Positions 13,468-26,548 of a stretch of 64,000 bases of DNA are shown here, piece by piece (the stretch's first letter is position 1; the number at the start of each line of letters is the position of its first letter). The stretch is from the human T2T-CHM13v2.0 reference genome, Homo sapiens. The notes below the pieces were generated by a model. That model was not told where the DNA came from and ran no database searches. It was given only the letters and a program-made list of their open reading frames with translations. The stretch lies in assembly GCF_009914755.1 (NCBI RefSeq), contig NC_060931.1. The stretch is one strand, 5' to 3'. The position numbers were made by a program, and so were the translations under genes.

Positions 13468-15029
13468 ACCTATAGCTTTCTAATAAAGCAGATTTATGCA
13501 AGAAAAAAAGAGAAAAACATTTGTTAGGACTTACTGAAAATATAAAATAACTCTAATAAGTCTTTAAGAGATGTAGCTATTAAAGATATGTAAGGGACTA
13601 GATACTAAAAATTATTTTTGTTTAACAATACCAAATATCATACAGTTAAATAAGAGAACAAGCAAAAATGTTTACCATTTCATGTAATTTATAATACTAT
13701 CCTATTACAGCCTTGCATTGAGATAAAAATTAGCATGTTATTTAAACTATTGTTACTAATAGTTTAGTACTATTTTATATTTAAGTACTATTTTATATTT
13801 AAGACAGTATATTTAATACTGTCTTTGTGACAGTAAATTTTGTCTATATTTCATTCTACATTTTGGCACTCTTTGGGTTGGGCAAATTTTCATTTTAGTT
13901 TTGGAAACTTACTATTCCTTAAACAAGCAAGCAAGGGTTTCAAATCTAGTTTTTAATGCCCTTAAATGTTACCTCCTCCACACCTTTAATTTTTGGACAA
14001 TCATAGAATATTAGAAACTTTGTTTAGTTTTAGATTCAACACTTATTGTAAGTATGATTCTAAACAAAAGATATCTTTTGTGGCAAACGTTCATTTCACA
14101 ACATATAAATAAGGTAGTCATTTATATGTTGACTACCTTAAGAAAAGTCATTTATATGTTGACTACCTTAAGAAAAGAGCTGCATTATCAGATAAGCTGA
14201 GCCAGATGTCACTAATTTTATTCACCAACCCTAATCTCTGAAAAGAAAGATGTTAATAAGAAGAAACCTACTGATCTAATTAAGTGCACAGGGAAAAAAA
14301 GAATCCACTTTAAGGAGTAGACAGTGTGCATAAATATTAAAATGAATGAATCTTTTCAGTGGATTTGGCTAATGGAATCTCATCTAATCCCAGTGTAAAT
14401 GAAAGATGAATAAGGTACAGGGAGATGGGAAGACCAAATCTAATCTCTCTAATCATGTCTCGGGCACCAGAATCCACCTCGCACTGAGGATGGGAGAGCA
14501 GAAGGCTCCAAGGCACACAAGGACCTTGATGAGGAGATAAGCCTTATTCCTACAGTTAATTTGGTACAAATATGAAAAGGCCCTTGTCCTTGTCAGTTGT
14601 CTAGCCCCTGTATTACTGAGATTTCTGGCCTTGCCCCCTATCACTTTAGTTTCCTGCGGATTGAGCACCTGGCCAATGCCCAGAACACAGCTGTTCTGCT
14701 TTAATGAAATCTGCACGCTGTGGAGCACAGAGGAGGAGCTCAGAAGAAATCCACTTTATTATTAAAGAAAACAAGGGTAATGCAAGGGGAATAGAAGACA
14801 CTAGTATCTAATATCATGTCTACTAATTGAATGATTTAATGTCACTTGAAATAAAATGATAATTGTAAGATTTGAGGAGGGAGAAGGGCTGTATTTTGTA
14901 TAAGAAACCTCAGAAATATAGGAGCCCCAAGGTCAAATTATTGTTTTATCCTTTAAGCATTCTAAGCTTTTCTCTCCTTAGTAGTATCAAAACCAAATAA
15001 ATTATTAATGACTTTGATAGCCTAGAATC

Positions 15030-15180
15030 ACAATCACTGGCACAACATACTACTTAAAACAAATCATTTAACTTCTTGTGCTTCTGTTCTATTCGTCTAA
15101 AAAAATGAATATAGCTATACTAAGGATCCTAGACAGCCTATAGGGTTGGTGTGAAGGTCAAATAAATTTATGAATGAGAA
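15030..15180 (+). mobile_element. MIR fragment
   Basis: aaatcatttaacttcttgtgcttctgtt...atagggttggtgtgaaggtcaaat. Confidence 0.55.
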
Positions 15181-15587
15181 CTGAATTAGCAAGCATATTT
15201 TTATTCCAGTTCTTTCCTCAGCTAGATTAAAATACTGTACGGTGCACATCTCCCTAAGTGTCTTACATAGACAACAACTTTTGACCTGTCAGCATACTGT
15301 TTTAGTCCAGTCAGTAATTTCCTCTTCCTTGAACAAAAACACATTTCTTTTACATAGAGCAATTAGAATGTAAATCTGTTTATGTTGTGTAAAGCAATAT
15401 TCCTTCTGCTTAATCTCCTAATTTATTTAAACACTCACATCATAAGATATTCTTCATTAGAATCAGCTAGTTGAAAATTTTCATTTCAAATTTAGGAACA
15501 TTATGTAATTTGTAAAATAAAGTAGAAACTTTAGCATAATTATCTGAAGAAAATACAATATCTTCTATTGATAGTACTTCACAGTCA

Positions 15588-15900
15588 TTTTTTTTTTCTT
15601 GAGACAGAGTCTCATTCTGTCGCCCAGGCTGGAGTGCGGTGGCACAATCTAGGCTCACTGCCAAGCTCCGCCTCCCGGGTTCATGCCATTCTCCTGCCTC
15701 AGCCTCCCGAGTAATTGGGACTACGGGCACCCACCACCACGCCCAGCTAACTTTTTTTTTTTTTTTTTTTTTTGTATTTTTAGTAGAGACAGGGTTTTCA
15801 CCATGTTAGCTGGGATGGTCTCCATCTCCTCACCTCATGATCCACCCACCTCGGCCTCCCAAAGTGCTGGGATTACAGGTGTGAGCCACCATGCCCGGCC
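15588..15900 (-). mobile_element. Alu (AluY-like) with expanded central T run
   Basis: aagctccgcctcccgggttcatgccattctcc; TSD acttcacagtcattt / acttcacagccattt. Confidence 0.95.
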
Positions 15901-16369
15901 ACTTCACAGCCATTTTTATGAGAAATTTTAGTATTTGTAATTAAATGAGTAAATAAATTGTTAAATTTCTATTCTATATTTTAGAGTAATATTTCAGTAA
16001 ATACATAGCCTGCTAAACTCTCGGTAAATGAAAACAACAAGAAATACCCTAAAGATCTTTCATTTAGACCTTAAAAAGAGAAATAAAATGTGTGCGTTTA
16101 AAAAAACATCAGAAACTCTGAGAGCAGAGAAATGAAGCTGGAAGCCATAGAAGAATGAATATGCAATTAAGACCAAATTTAAAGGACTCCAAATTAAAGT
16201 GTGTGGTTTTTTTTTGTTTTGTTTTCATGCATACTATAGATTTTCTTTCTGGTGAGGCCTTTTTCTAAGTGGTATTTTTAAAATGAGCATGTGAATGTAT
16301 GTAATGTGTGCAAAAACTATTCTCACCCATTATCCACCCTCTCACAGACTGCACGTCTTTCTGTCAGAA

Positions 16370-16535
16370 GTAACCACTTGATCTTGGGAAAGTGTTTTAC
16401 CCTCTCTAAACCTCAGTTTCCTCACTCGTACAGTGGGGATAATAATAGCATCTGCATCACAGGGCTAGTTTTGAAGATTATACATACTTAGAATACTACT
16501 TGTCATTTAGTAACTGCACAATAAGTGTTACCTGC
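16370..16535 (+). mobile_element. MIR SINE
   Basis: cttgggaaagtg...ctctctaaacctcagtttcctcact...ggggataataatagca. Confidence 0.75.
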
Positions 16536-18149
16536 TCTCATCATTAATCATCATTATTTTCTCTGTCTCCTAATACTCAGCATTTAAAATATATTTTTAA
16601 TTTATCTTGATAAATTCTGATCTGACTCCTAAAATCCAAGTATGAGTGACTAAAACCTAGTATTTTCTTTTTCCTCAAGGAACTTTTGCCCTTCTTACCC
16701 CAACCCCAGTAATGTCCAACAATACTACTTAATTTTCTTGCTATGAATCTCATGAAGAAAGGTTAATAGTCTATTAACCTTTCCATTTCAATTGCTATAA
16801 GACAATGGCAAACTGAAAAAAGATTTTTAATATCTTATGTAACTTGGTGAGAAAATAATTTTTACAATGGCATATTCCAAGTGTTCCAGAAAGCAAACCA
16901 CACTGATGAATGCTGCATTGAATACAGAATAGTCGCACTAAGATTCTAGTAAAAGAAATGAAATTATATCAGGTCTAATAGGCATAACAGACACCACCCA
17001 CACGTACACAGGCACACACACACAAAATTATGCACATACAAGCTCCTGTTAATGCTGAGAAGAAACTCTGGCTGAGAAATACAGACCAAATTAGATAAGG
17101 GAAATCTCTTGGCTTTGCTGTGAGACTGCCCAACTGCATAAGAAATTTAGTGTCTCCATATAAATCTGGACTGCTGAATTCACAAAGAAGGATCAAAAGT
17201 ATTAGAACTGACTAATGAGATATGGTTGAAGAAGGATAACAAGGCTCCTGGGGACAAGGGTGATATTGTCAATGAGGCACACACAGCTTGGTACTCAAGG
17301 GTTTGTGTCAACCAGTTTTAGAGCAAAGAGTTGCCTGGTGATTTTAAGATGGAAAGATCAGATCCATTGAAGCACAGTACATAGATGTCGGCTATAATCA
17401 AGAACAGTGACCCGTTGGTTTAAACATGTACTGCTTCAGAATGAAAAGAAAAAAAAAACTATATACATCTCAGAAATTGAACTACAGATTAATACCGAAT
17501 CATAATATATAAAGGTATGAATGAACTCAAGCACTATTTCTAAGACAACATGAGGTTAATATCCTTGTATCTCTAGTTGCACATGTATAGAGATTGCCCA
17601 CATATGCATGTATGCATACATACATGCAGAACATTACATGTTTTACGTACACAGAGAGATGGACATCTGTATACAAAAAAATCAATATTGTTAGTATTCA
17701 GGATGCCTACAACATAGTGAGCATGACTTGTTTAGATTTTAATGTACTCATTAGAGTTGACACATTAAATTTACAAGTCCTTGCTCGTGTATTACTCAGC
17801 AGATCTTAATACAGACAGGAATCTTTTTCTCTTCCAATAAATCATGTATTTTTAATTTTCATTCACAACTCAATATCCCACAAAACCTTAGATTTTTCAA
17901 ATAGATTTAAAAAGCTCAAATTATTCTGACATGATTTTAAATATTAAAAATAATTCAACACCTGATCAAAACATGTACCCATAAGACTTTTCTAAATGAC
18001 TTAAAAGTTTTCCAATCTGACAAAAGATAATAGAGGATGGTAAACAACCAAGTCATGTCGGTTCTAATGCCAGTGTAGCTATCCTCGTTTCTGCTCCTAG
18101 CCGTACTCTTGGGTCTTTTGTGTAACCTTTAAATACCCTCCCTCCCTCT

Positions 18150-18680
18150 AATTCCAGCTCACTTCCATCCATTCCTCCTACTGCTGCCACAATATTCTAC
18201 TTGGCAAATGTCTTCCCTAATTAAAAGTATTTGTTGGTTCTCCATAAAAGCTGGTCTTTTATGACTGGCTTCCATCCATCCTTCTGGTGTCCTCTCCTAC
18301 TGCTCTTTCAAACACAACAAGCCCAAGCCATAACAAGACTTTTGCCATTCTCAGAGGATGCAAAGTTTACTCCTGCCTCAAATGTCATTCTGTATGCTGT
18401 CTTCTCTGTCTGGACTGAGTTTTTTCCTATGCCTACTTGTTAAACTTCTCCCTTCTTTTTTATTACAGTTCAGCATCACCTGCTCTACAGGGTGTTCCTC
18501 GATTTTCCCCACACCATCTCCCCTCACCCAGCAGAGTATCAACTCCCTCCCCACTCCTTATTTTTTTCTATATTCTTCTATTAAAATACTTCCTACGTTT
18601 CACTATCTTTATGTGTGTGCCTTCTATTATACTGGGTAAGGTAGGCACCACGTTATTTTCCCTGATGCCTAGAATATAGT
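18150..18680 (+). mobile_element. L2 LINE 3' fragment (degraded)
   Basis: Pyrimidine-rich, with L2-like motifs (ctcctgcctca...tgctgtcttctctgtctgga...tgcctagaatatag). Confidence 0.55.
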
Positions 18681-19299
18681 GAAAGAGGCAATGGGATGTG
18701 ACAAACCTGTGTTTAATGCACAGTTGTACCACCTTGAGTAAACTATACAATTGCACAGACTTCTAGTTTTCAGGAATGAGGTGGAGAAAACATTATGTAC
18801 AATAGCTAGGGTTGTGAAAATTAAAATATGCTATACTTAACGTATAACAGGCACGCCATAAACAGTAATAACTAGTATGTTTTGGTACATACTAACAATA
18901 TCTATTTGTTAATGAATGAAAGAGTGTGTGAATATATGAACTGTACCTCTCTGTTGGATATTTTTAAGTTGGAAATAATTTTCATCATATCTGACCAAGT
19001 ACAAATGGTAGAACATTTCCTTTTCTTTCCTTCAACCAACAATGATAGGCGGTGGATGGGTATCATCTGAATCAGAGAGATTTCATCCATTCAAATGTCC
19101 ATTTAATCCTGTTTTTAGTTTAACTTCAAGTTCTGTGATAAAATCACCCCTTTTAATGGAGATGTTCTGAAGAGCCTGGTGTAAATACTGGCCCAATTTT
19201 TAGATAAGTCCTTTAAGTCAGTGAATATCACTATGAAGCTTCTTGTTAAGTATTTCCCAATGTATGTGCTTCATTTTCTAATCATCTCATTTCTGTCAG

Positions 19300-19820
19300 A
19301 CATTCATCCAACAAATATTTACTAAACACCTATTATGTGTCTGGAACCTTTCTAAGCTCTTGAGCACGAGAATAGGCACACTTTTTCTTAAAGAACCAGG
19401 CGGTAAATGTTTTAGGTCTATGGTCCACATGGTCTCTGTCACAACTCCCTTTACAGCAGTAGCACAAAAACTTCCTTAGACAACACATAAACAAATGGGT
19501 GTGGCTGTGTTCCCATAAAACTGTATTTATAAAAACAGACAGTGGGCCATACTTTGCAGACTCCTATACCCGAGCTCCAGGGCCTATCAAGACAGACAGG
19601 ACTTCTAACACTTTACTGGAAGAGAAACACAATAAACACATAAGTAAGAACATCATGAGTGCTCTTTAAAGAATTAAATCTGGAGATGCCATAGAGATTG
19701 ACTAGGTGGCTACCGTAAATCAAGTTGTCAGGAATATCCTCTCTGAAGAACTGTATTTTAAACTGGGATTTTAAAGACAACTAGCCATGGAAATATTAAT
19801 ATAAAGCATTTCAATAAACC
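19300..19820 (-). mobile_element. L2 3' end interrupted by MER58A
   Basis: cattcatccaacaaatatttactaaacacctattatgtg is the reverse of the L2 3' terminus. Confidence 0.7.
19370..19566. mobile_element. MER58A (hAT-Charlie)
   Basis: ggtctctgtcacaactc...aaacaaatgggtgtggctgtgttcccataaaactgtattta...tttgcagactcct. Confidence 0.85.
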
Positions 19821-20639
19821 AGTAGACACAATGATATTGACAAATAGGAAATACCTAGATATCAACATGATGGTATGATCTAGTATGATATTGCAAGGAC
19901 AAACTCTCAATATCAAAATATCCTGCAATAACAAAACATCCAAACAGATACAGATGGCACAAAAGAGTATTGTGACAGATTACAGTTTCAATTTTTTACT
20001 GTAATTGATATATCCTAGAAAGAAAAAGGTCTAACTCCAGCATCATATTTAATCATTTTTAAAAATCACTATTTAATATTTCTTCATAAGGCTCTTAAAA
20101 TTCAATTTCAAATAAGTTGTGATCACTATTTTTGAAGATACTTTGAGTCTAATTGAGAAGACACATAGATAAAGCATCTAAATCAAATTTTGCTTTGCAT
20201 AACAGACCCTATGAGTAACACCTGCCTATCAGAAACTAAGCAAAGGTTTTGAGGGGCAGGGTAGAAGTAGTGGTCACAAAAGATTTTCTGAAAGAGGTGA
20301 TAAGCAGTATTAAAGAAAGGGCAGAGAGGTAGTAGAAGGACCGCATGCCTGATCCAGTGAACTCGCTGTACAGGCACACAGGCAGAAATAGACATAGGGC
20401 ATTCTGGGAGTTGAACATTGTTCAAAACAGCTGAATGGATGAGGAATGTGGGGCAATTGCAGGGATGTTATTAGAGAGACATGATTATAATAATCTAGGA
20501 ATACTAAAGTTAAAATAATTATTCTGAGAATTACAGAGGGCCATAATAAGCTGAAGTATGAAATAATCATATCTGCAAAAGCCAGCCAGATGTGAATAGA
20601 GAAGAGAGAAAGCAGGTACCATCAGACTGGTGAGGAGTA

Positions 20640-20985
20640 ATACCATTCTGAACTAAAACAGCGGTGGTGGATATAGAGAGTGGAAAGAGATTAAAAAGAT
20701 GTTGAGAAAAAATCTACAGGCCACAGTAACAAATGTGGGAAAGGAGAAAACAGGAAGCATGGTTTTCTGACTTGGGTTCTTAGTGTTATTAACAAAGATA
20801 TGAACATTGGAAGAGAGGTACACTTGGGGACAACAGTGATACATTCAGTTTTGAACATAACGTGAGGTGCTTCTGAGATATCCATTAAACCGCGTTGTTT
20901 AAAAAAGGCAATCAGAGTAGTCAATCTGCATCTTAGCCATGAAGTGTATAAGGAAGAATCAGATTTGGGAATCATGTTTCAGTGA
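20640..20985 (-). mobile_element. L2 LINE fragment
   Basis: cattcagttttgaacat...tgaggtgcttctgagatatcca...agatttgggaatcat. Confidence 0.65.
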
Positions 20986-21069
20986 CAATTCAAAATATTG
21001 CTTGACTAAAATTATCACTAAAATGACACCAATAATGTCTATGAATCCTCAGGTTTAAGAGGCAAGCAA

Positions 21070-21392
21070 GGACAGGTCCAGTAGCTCACGCCTGTAATCC
21101 CAACACTTTGGGAGGCCGAGGCAGGCAGATCACTTGAGGTCAGGAGTTCAAGACCAGCCTGGCCAACATGGTGAAACCCTGTCTCTACTAAAAATACAAA
21201 AATTACTCGGGCATGGTGGCATGCATCTATAGTCCCAGCTACTTGGGAGGCTGAGGCAGGAGAATGACTTGAACCCACGAGGCAGTGGTTGCAGTGAGCC
21301 GAGGTTGCAATGAGCCGAGATTGCACAACTGCTCTCCAGCCTGGGTGACAGAGCAAGACTTCGTCTAAAAAATAAAAAAAATAAAAAAATAA
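21070..21392 (+). mobile_element. Alu (AluS) with internal 16-bp tandem duplication at 21287-21318
   Basis: Full dimer; ggttgcagtgagccga ggttgcaatgagccga. Confidence 0.95.
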
Positions 21393-22553
21393 AGCAAGAA
21401 ATAGGAATCAGATAGAAGTTGCTAAGAGGAAGCAATGTAGACCCAACTCTCACAAACAAAAACATAATTTCCCATTAAAAAGTGATCAGTGACTGGTACA
21501 CTTTAACATTGTTTTCATTTAACTAAAATGGCAAAATGTGCCTTTTGCATTAAAATAAATGTACTGATTATAAATTCCATGTATCTATATAAAACTCACT
21601 CTATCAAGAAGAGATAATATGAAGGATGTTGAAACCAATACAAACCCATTATTTTCTAATGCATTGTTTTATTTGCCTTTTTCAAAATCATTATTGATGT
21701 AAATCATGTACCCAGGGATAGAACGCCTGCATATCTTACATGTACAGCACTTTGACTAATGCTTGCTGTGCACTTCGAGAATAAGCAATTTCCCTGCTGC
21801 CTCCATTAGAATGATGAGGTAATCTACTGTGCCTTTACACTTACAGCAAGCCTCAAGAGACTGAGGCTTGATGATTACATGGTCTTATAAGGCCATAAAG
21901 TTCTACCACAGGAGTCATATATGTATTATAAAGATACTTCAAATTGCTGACATAGTCTCCTCACCATCAATGCGTGACTCTTCTGCAATTCACTTGCACC
22001 TCTGGCTTTCTGAAATGATTTAAAACTGCATCAGAACTCAATGCATGCATGCCAAACATCATCATCAGAAGGCAGGTCTGACAAGATTTAATTACTTAGA
22101 AACTTATCAGATTTTTAATCCTCAACAATAAAACTATAAATGACTTTTCAGTAAGATGTAATACCAAAATGCATATTTCTCAAAACACAAAATTAGACAT
22201 GTTAAGAATAAACTCAATTTAATTTTAAACCAGTAGTTACTCTGATGTAAACATTGATGTTATACTGAAATGAATTTTACCATTCTTCCCAAAACGCATT
22301 TGCCTTCATATTAATCTTACTCATGGTTTTAAAAGAATCCTTTACTTTCTTGTCAGTTTGCATTCTGTATCAAACTGACGGAAGCCAAGATCTTTCACAT
22401 TATTTGTCAGTTTCACTGCCCTTTCCAAATATATCTGTAGCAAAACCTTTTCATTTGTCTGATCCAGTTGAAAATCTTTTATATTCATTTTACTGAGACA
22501 TCAGTCTTCAATTTTTCCCTTCCATTCACTATTCCTAGATGTGACACTTCTAA

Positions 22554-22987
<434 letters not shown>

Positions 22988-23130
22988 GCAATACCTTCTT
23001 AAACAGGAAGGTAGGAGTGTGTGTGAATCACTGTAGGAATCAGATCATATTATTCTGTTCTCTATGTAAACTGATGTGTACTTAATACATGTACAATTAA
23101 TGACATTTACATCATTTAAAAAGTAGTTCT

Positions 23131-23338
23131 ACATGGACACAGGGAGGGGAACAACACACACTGAGGCCTGTCAGGGGGTAGGAGAAGGGAGAGCATTAGG
23201 AATAATAGGTAATGCATGGTGGGCTTAATACCAAGGTGATGGGTTGCATGTTTACCTATGTAACAAACCTGCACATCCTGCACATGTACCCTGGAACTTA
23301 AAAAAAATAAGAAAAATACATTTCAAAGGAAAAAAAAA
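23131..23338 (+). mobile_element. 5'-truncated L1PA-type 3' end
   Basis: acatggacacagggaggggaacaacacacactg...atgtaacaaacctgcacatcctgcacatgtaccctggaacttaaa followed by an A-rich tail. Confidence 0.9.
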
Positions 23339-25694
23339 TTTAGTTCTGATACATCTACACACTGCAAAAACCTTATATAATTTTTTGTGTGTGTGTGAGG
23401 ACAGAAAAAAGTGAGTTTTTCAGGCTTTTAGAGATTCCAAATGCAATGAGATTGAATTTACTGTTTGTGTTAGTCTCAAAGGGGCTTTTCCTTAATGCAA
23501 ATTTATTTTCTTGATTCCAAGGGTATGCCCTGTGATCTTTTCTACTTCTTGAAATGTCTTATTATTTCATATAAAGTTTTTTATTTTAAATCAAAAATCA
23601 AATTTTTTATCTAGAATTCACATCCTTTATTAAAATATAATAAATCATTCACAGGTATTATTAGTGTTTTTAGAGCATAAAGATGTGTTCATTAAGATGA
23701 AAACTTTCCTGAAACCCCTGGATGTTATTTGTTATGTCCATTTCTAAACAACTTCCTTCTTTCAATTTGTTCAGAATAAGTTGAAATAAATGCTATCAAC
23801 GTCAAAATACAGACTATCAAAGTGTACTTATTTTCTAGCTTAAGAAACTTTTATCTGGAATTTGAATCAATGCACAGCTTGCTGGAAAGATTTCTATGCA
23901 TGAAAGATATACATATATGAAGTGTATACACATGTGTATTTATGCCAAGTAAAACAGAGATTTAGTAGAAGATTTGAAATGGTATTCTAAATATTTCAAT
24001 TTTGAGAATGTTACCCACAAAGGTATATTTTATTTTAGACCAAGATTGATTTCCTGAACTTTTTAACTTTTTTTTTTTTTCTGGCAAATGCTGTAATGCT
24101 ATTTTCTAAGTAGAGCTTAGAAATGTTTAATTGTACAAATTTTTGAAATGTACAAATCATAGTAAGACCATAATTTTGTGGATAAACTCTTTGAAATATA
24201 ATGGAATTAGAATATTTGGCAATATTTCATGCTGAAATCTAGAACTTACTATTTATACCAAACACAAATATAGATACAGATCTGCCAAATGTGTAAATGT
24301 CATATTCCTTTGTAGACTTTTATCCTGGAGGATTCTTATTTATATAAGATATTATATAAGTAGATTAAATTTGTAGTCACCACACACTAACATAAAATGA
24401 AAATCTAAAGAAGAAAACAATTCTGCACAAGTACCAACTGTATATTACCAACAGAATTTGAAGTTTGGAACCAAGTGGGTGGGTATTGGTTAGAACAGAC
24501 TTCTCAACATTCCTGTACCAAAGTCTCCAATATTATCATTAATATTACAATATAGCAGAAGGTCTACATTTGGCATGGCCAAAGTCTTGGGGGAGCACAC
24601 AGGTGATGATGGGTGACAAATGCCTTCTACATTATTTACCTAGAAATTCAACAAATGAAAGTCAGTAAAACGTTACATGACAGATGGAAGTAATAAGACA
24701 AATGAAAATCTAAAAGTTCCAAAGTAAAATTTCCAATATATTTTAAAGTATACTTTATTGATAAATTGAAAATCAACAAGGCACATAATAGTCATACTTA
24801 GTCCATTGATAACCTCTAATTTATTTTCGGTTTCCATTTAGGTTTTATCCTTTGTGATCTTAATGAAAAATATTTCAATTAAGGTGAGTATAGCAATGCT
24901 ATAGTTGCAGTAATGGTATTAGAATATGATACATAGTTTCCCATAATGCAAAAATGTCTTATTTTATTGATAGTTTAAATATGCTTCTTTCCGTTTTTTA
25001 CCGCAATCTACCAATTCAGGTTAAATTCAATCTCTTAATTTGATTTTGGCCTCTAACCTATGATTATATAGTACATGTTAGTTCAATTATTTTTGTCATA
25101 AATTAAGTGGTGTAACTGTATCAGTAGGAAAGGTTAACATCACATACTGTGGGTCACAGATTTTGAATTTTATATAATAAATTGGAGATATTATTTCAGC
25201 ATATAAGATTTATGTATTCAGGTAATATATTGATCTGTGGACATGGAAAGGAACAAAAATGTAGACTTAAACTATCAAGAGCCTAAAATCAATTTCTCCT
25301 CCAACCTCCTAAGAGAGTAAGCTGTGGGTTTTTGTTTTCCCTAACCTGCCATTGTTTTAAAATCGGGACTAAAGAGAAAAAGGATAGAAGATTGAAAATA
25401 AGAGAAGGGAAGTAACAGTTCTATTGTGCAGCTCCTGAAAATCTGATTGAGAAAGGTTTTAAGACTTGAAAAAAATAAGCTTTAAAATTTATTTTAGAGA
25501 TAAAACTTTTAGATAAAAATTTTGATTTTGAAACATCTTGGGGAAAAAAAATCCTGAGAAGCAGAGGAAGCCAGATTTAAATCAATTCATTAGTAATTTT
25601 ATAAATAGAAGGATGACACAAAGATAAGTAAATGAATAATATTTCAGGAAGATTTAAGTGGAAATACCATAATATATTTGTTGTGTGTATTTGA

Positions 25695-25761
25695 GATATA
25701 TATATACACATGCATATATACATATATATATACACACACACACGCACACACACATATATAA
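25695..25761. repeat. (TA)n(CA)n microsatellite
   Basis: Directly visible. Confidence 0.9.
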
Positions 25762-25779
25762 TTTAAGTAGGTAAAAACA

Positions 25780-26130
25780 TCAAAGTAGTTGGTTTGTTGC
25801 TGTTTTTCACTCATCCTACAACCCACTGCTTGCTGCTGGTGGAATTCAGGTGTGGAAAATGGGGCAGTCTGCAGTATGTTTTCATTCAACGAAGGAACTT
25901 AGACTGATGGAGATTCCATCTACAAGGTCATGGGGCAGAAAGAGAGTTCCAGAGGGCCCTGTGCTGGCAATTAAATCCACCAGCTTGAAAGTCATACATG
26001 TCACTTCCACCTATAACCAATGGAAAAATGTCAACCACATATTACCACCCTGCTGCAGGTTAGAAAGGGTGCATAATCCTATGTGTTGAAAGGAGAGATT
26101 CAGATTCCTTTGAGCAATGAAGTATCTACT
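25780..26130 (-). mobile_element. Old MaLR LTR fragment (MLT1K/L-like)
   Basis: ctggcaattaaat...cttgaaagtcatacatgtcacttccacc resembles MLT1K/L. Confidence 0.55.
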
Positions 26131-26269
26131 AAGCCTTGTCACAGCACAAAACACTAAGATGTATTCATGAAATGATTATTTTTAACTTCATTACAGACAT
26201 AACCTATATACTAGAAAATCTGTGACTTTTAATAATTATTTATGTGGATAAACAAAAGAGGAACAACTT

Positions 26270-26548
26270 GGCCAGGCGCTTGGGCTCATGCTGGTAATCC
26301 CAGCACTTTGGGAGGCTAAGGCAGGCGGATCACTTGAGGGCACGAGTTCGAGACCAGCCTGGCCAACATGGTGAAACCCCATCTCTACTAAAAATACAAA
26401 AATTAGCTGGGCATGGTGGCAGGCGCCTGTAATCCCAGCTACTCAGGAGGCTGAGAGAAGAGAATCGCGTGAACCAGGAGGTGGAGGTTGCAGTGAGCTA
26501 CTGCACTCCAGCCTGGGTGACAGAACCAGACTCCATTTTAAAAAATAA
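26270..26548 (+). mobile_element. Alu (AluS) with a short right-arm deletion
   Basis: Dimer; gtgagcta|ctgcactcc lacks the usual gagatcgcgcc segment. Confidence 0.93.

Noticed and set aside
13462-13520. TAG|GTAAGG recursive-site-like motif at an L1 edge
   Set aside because: The pyrimidine tract is about 30 nt away with intervening AGs
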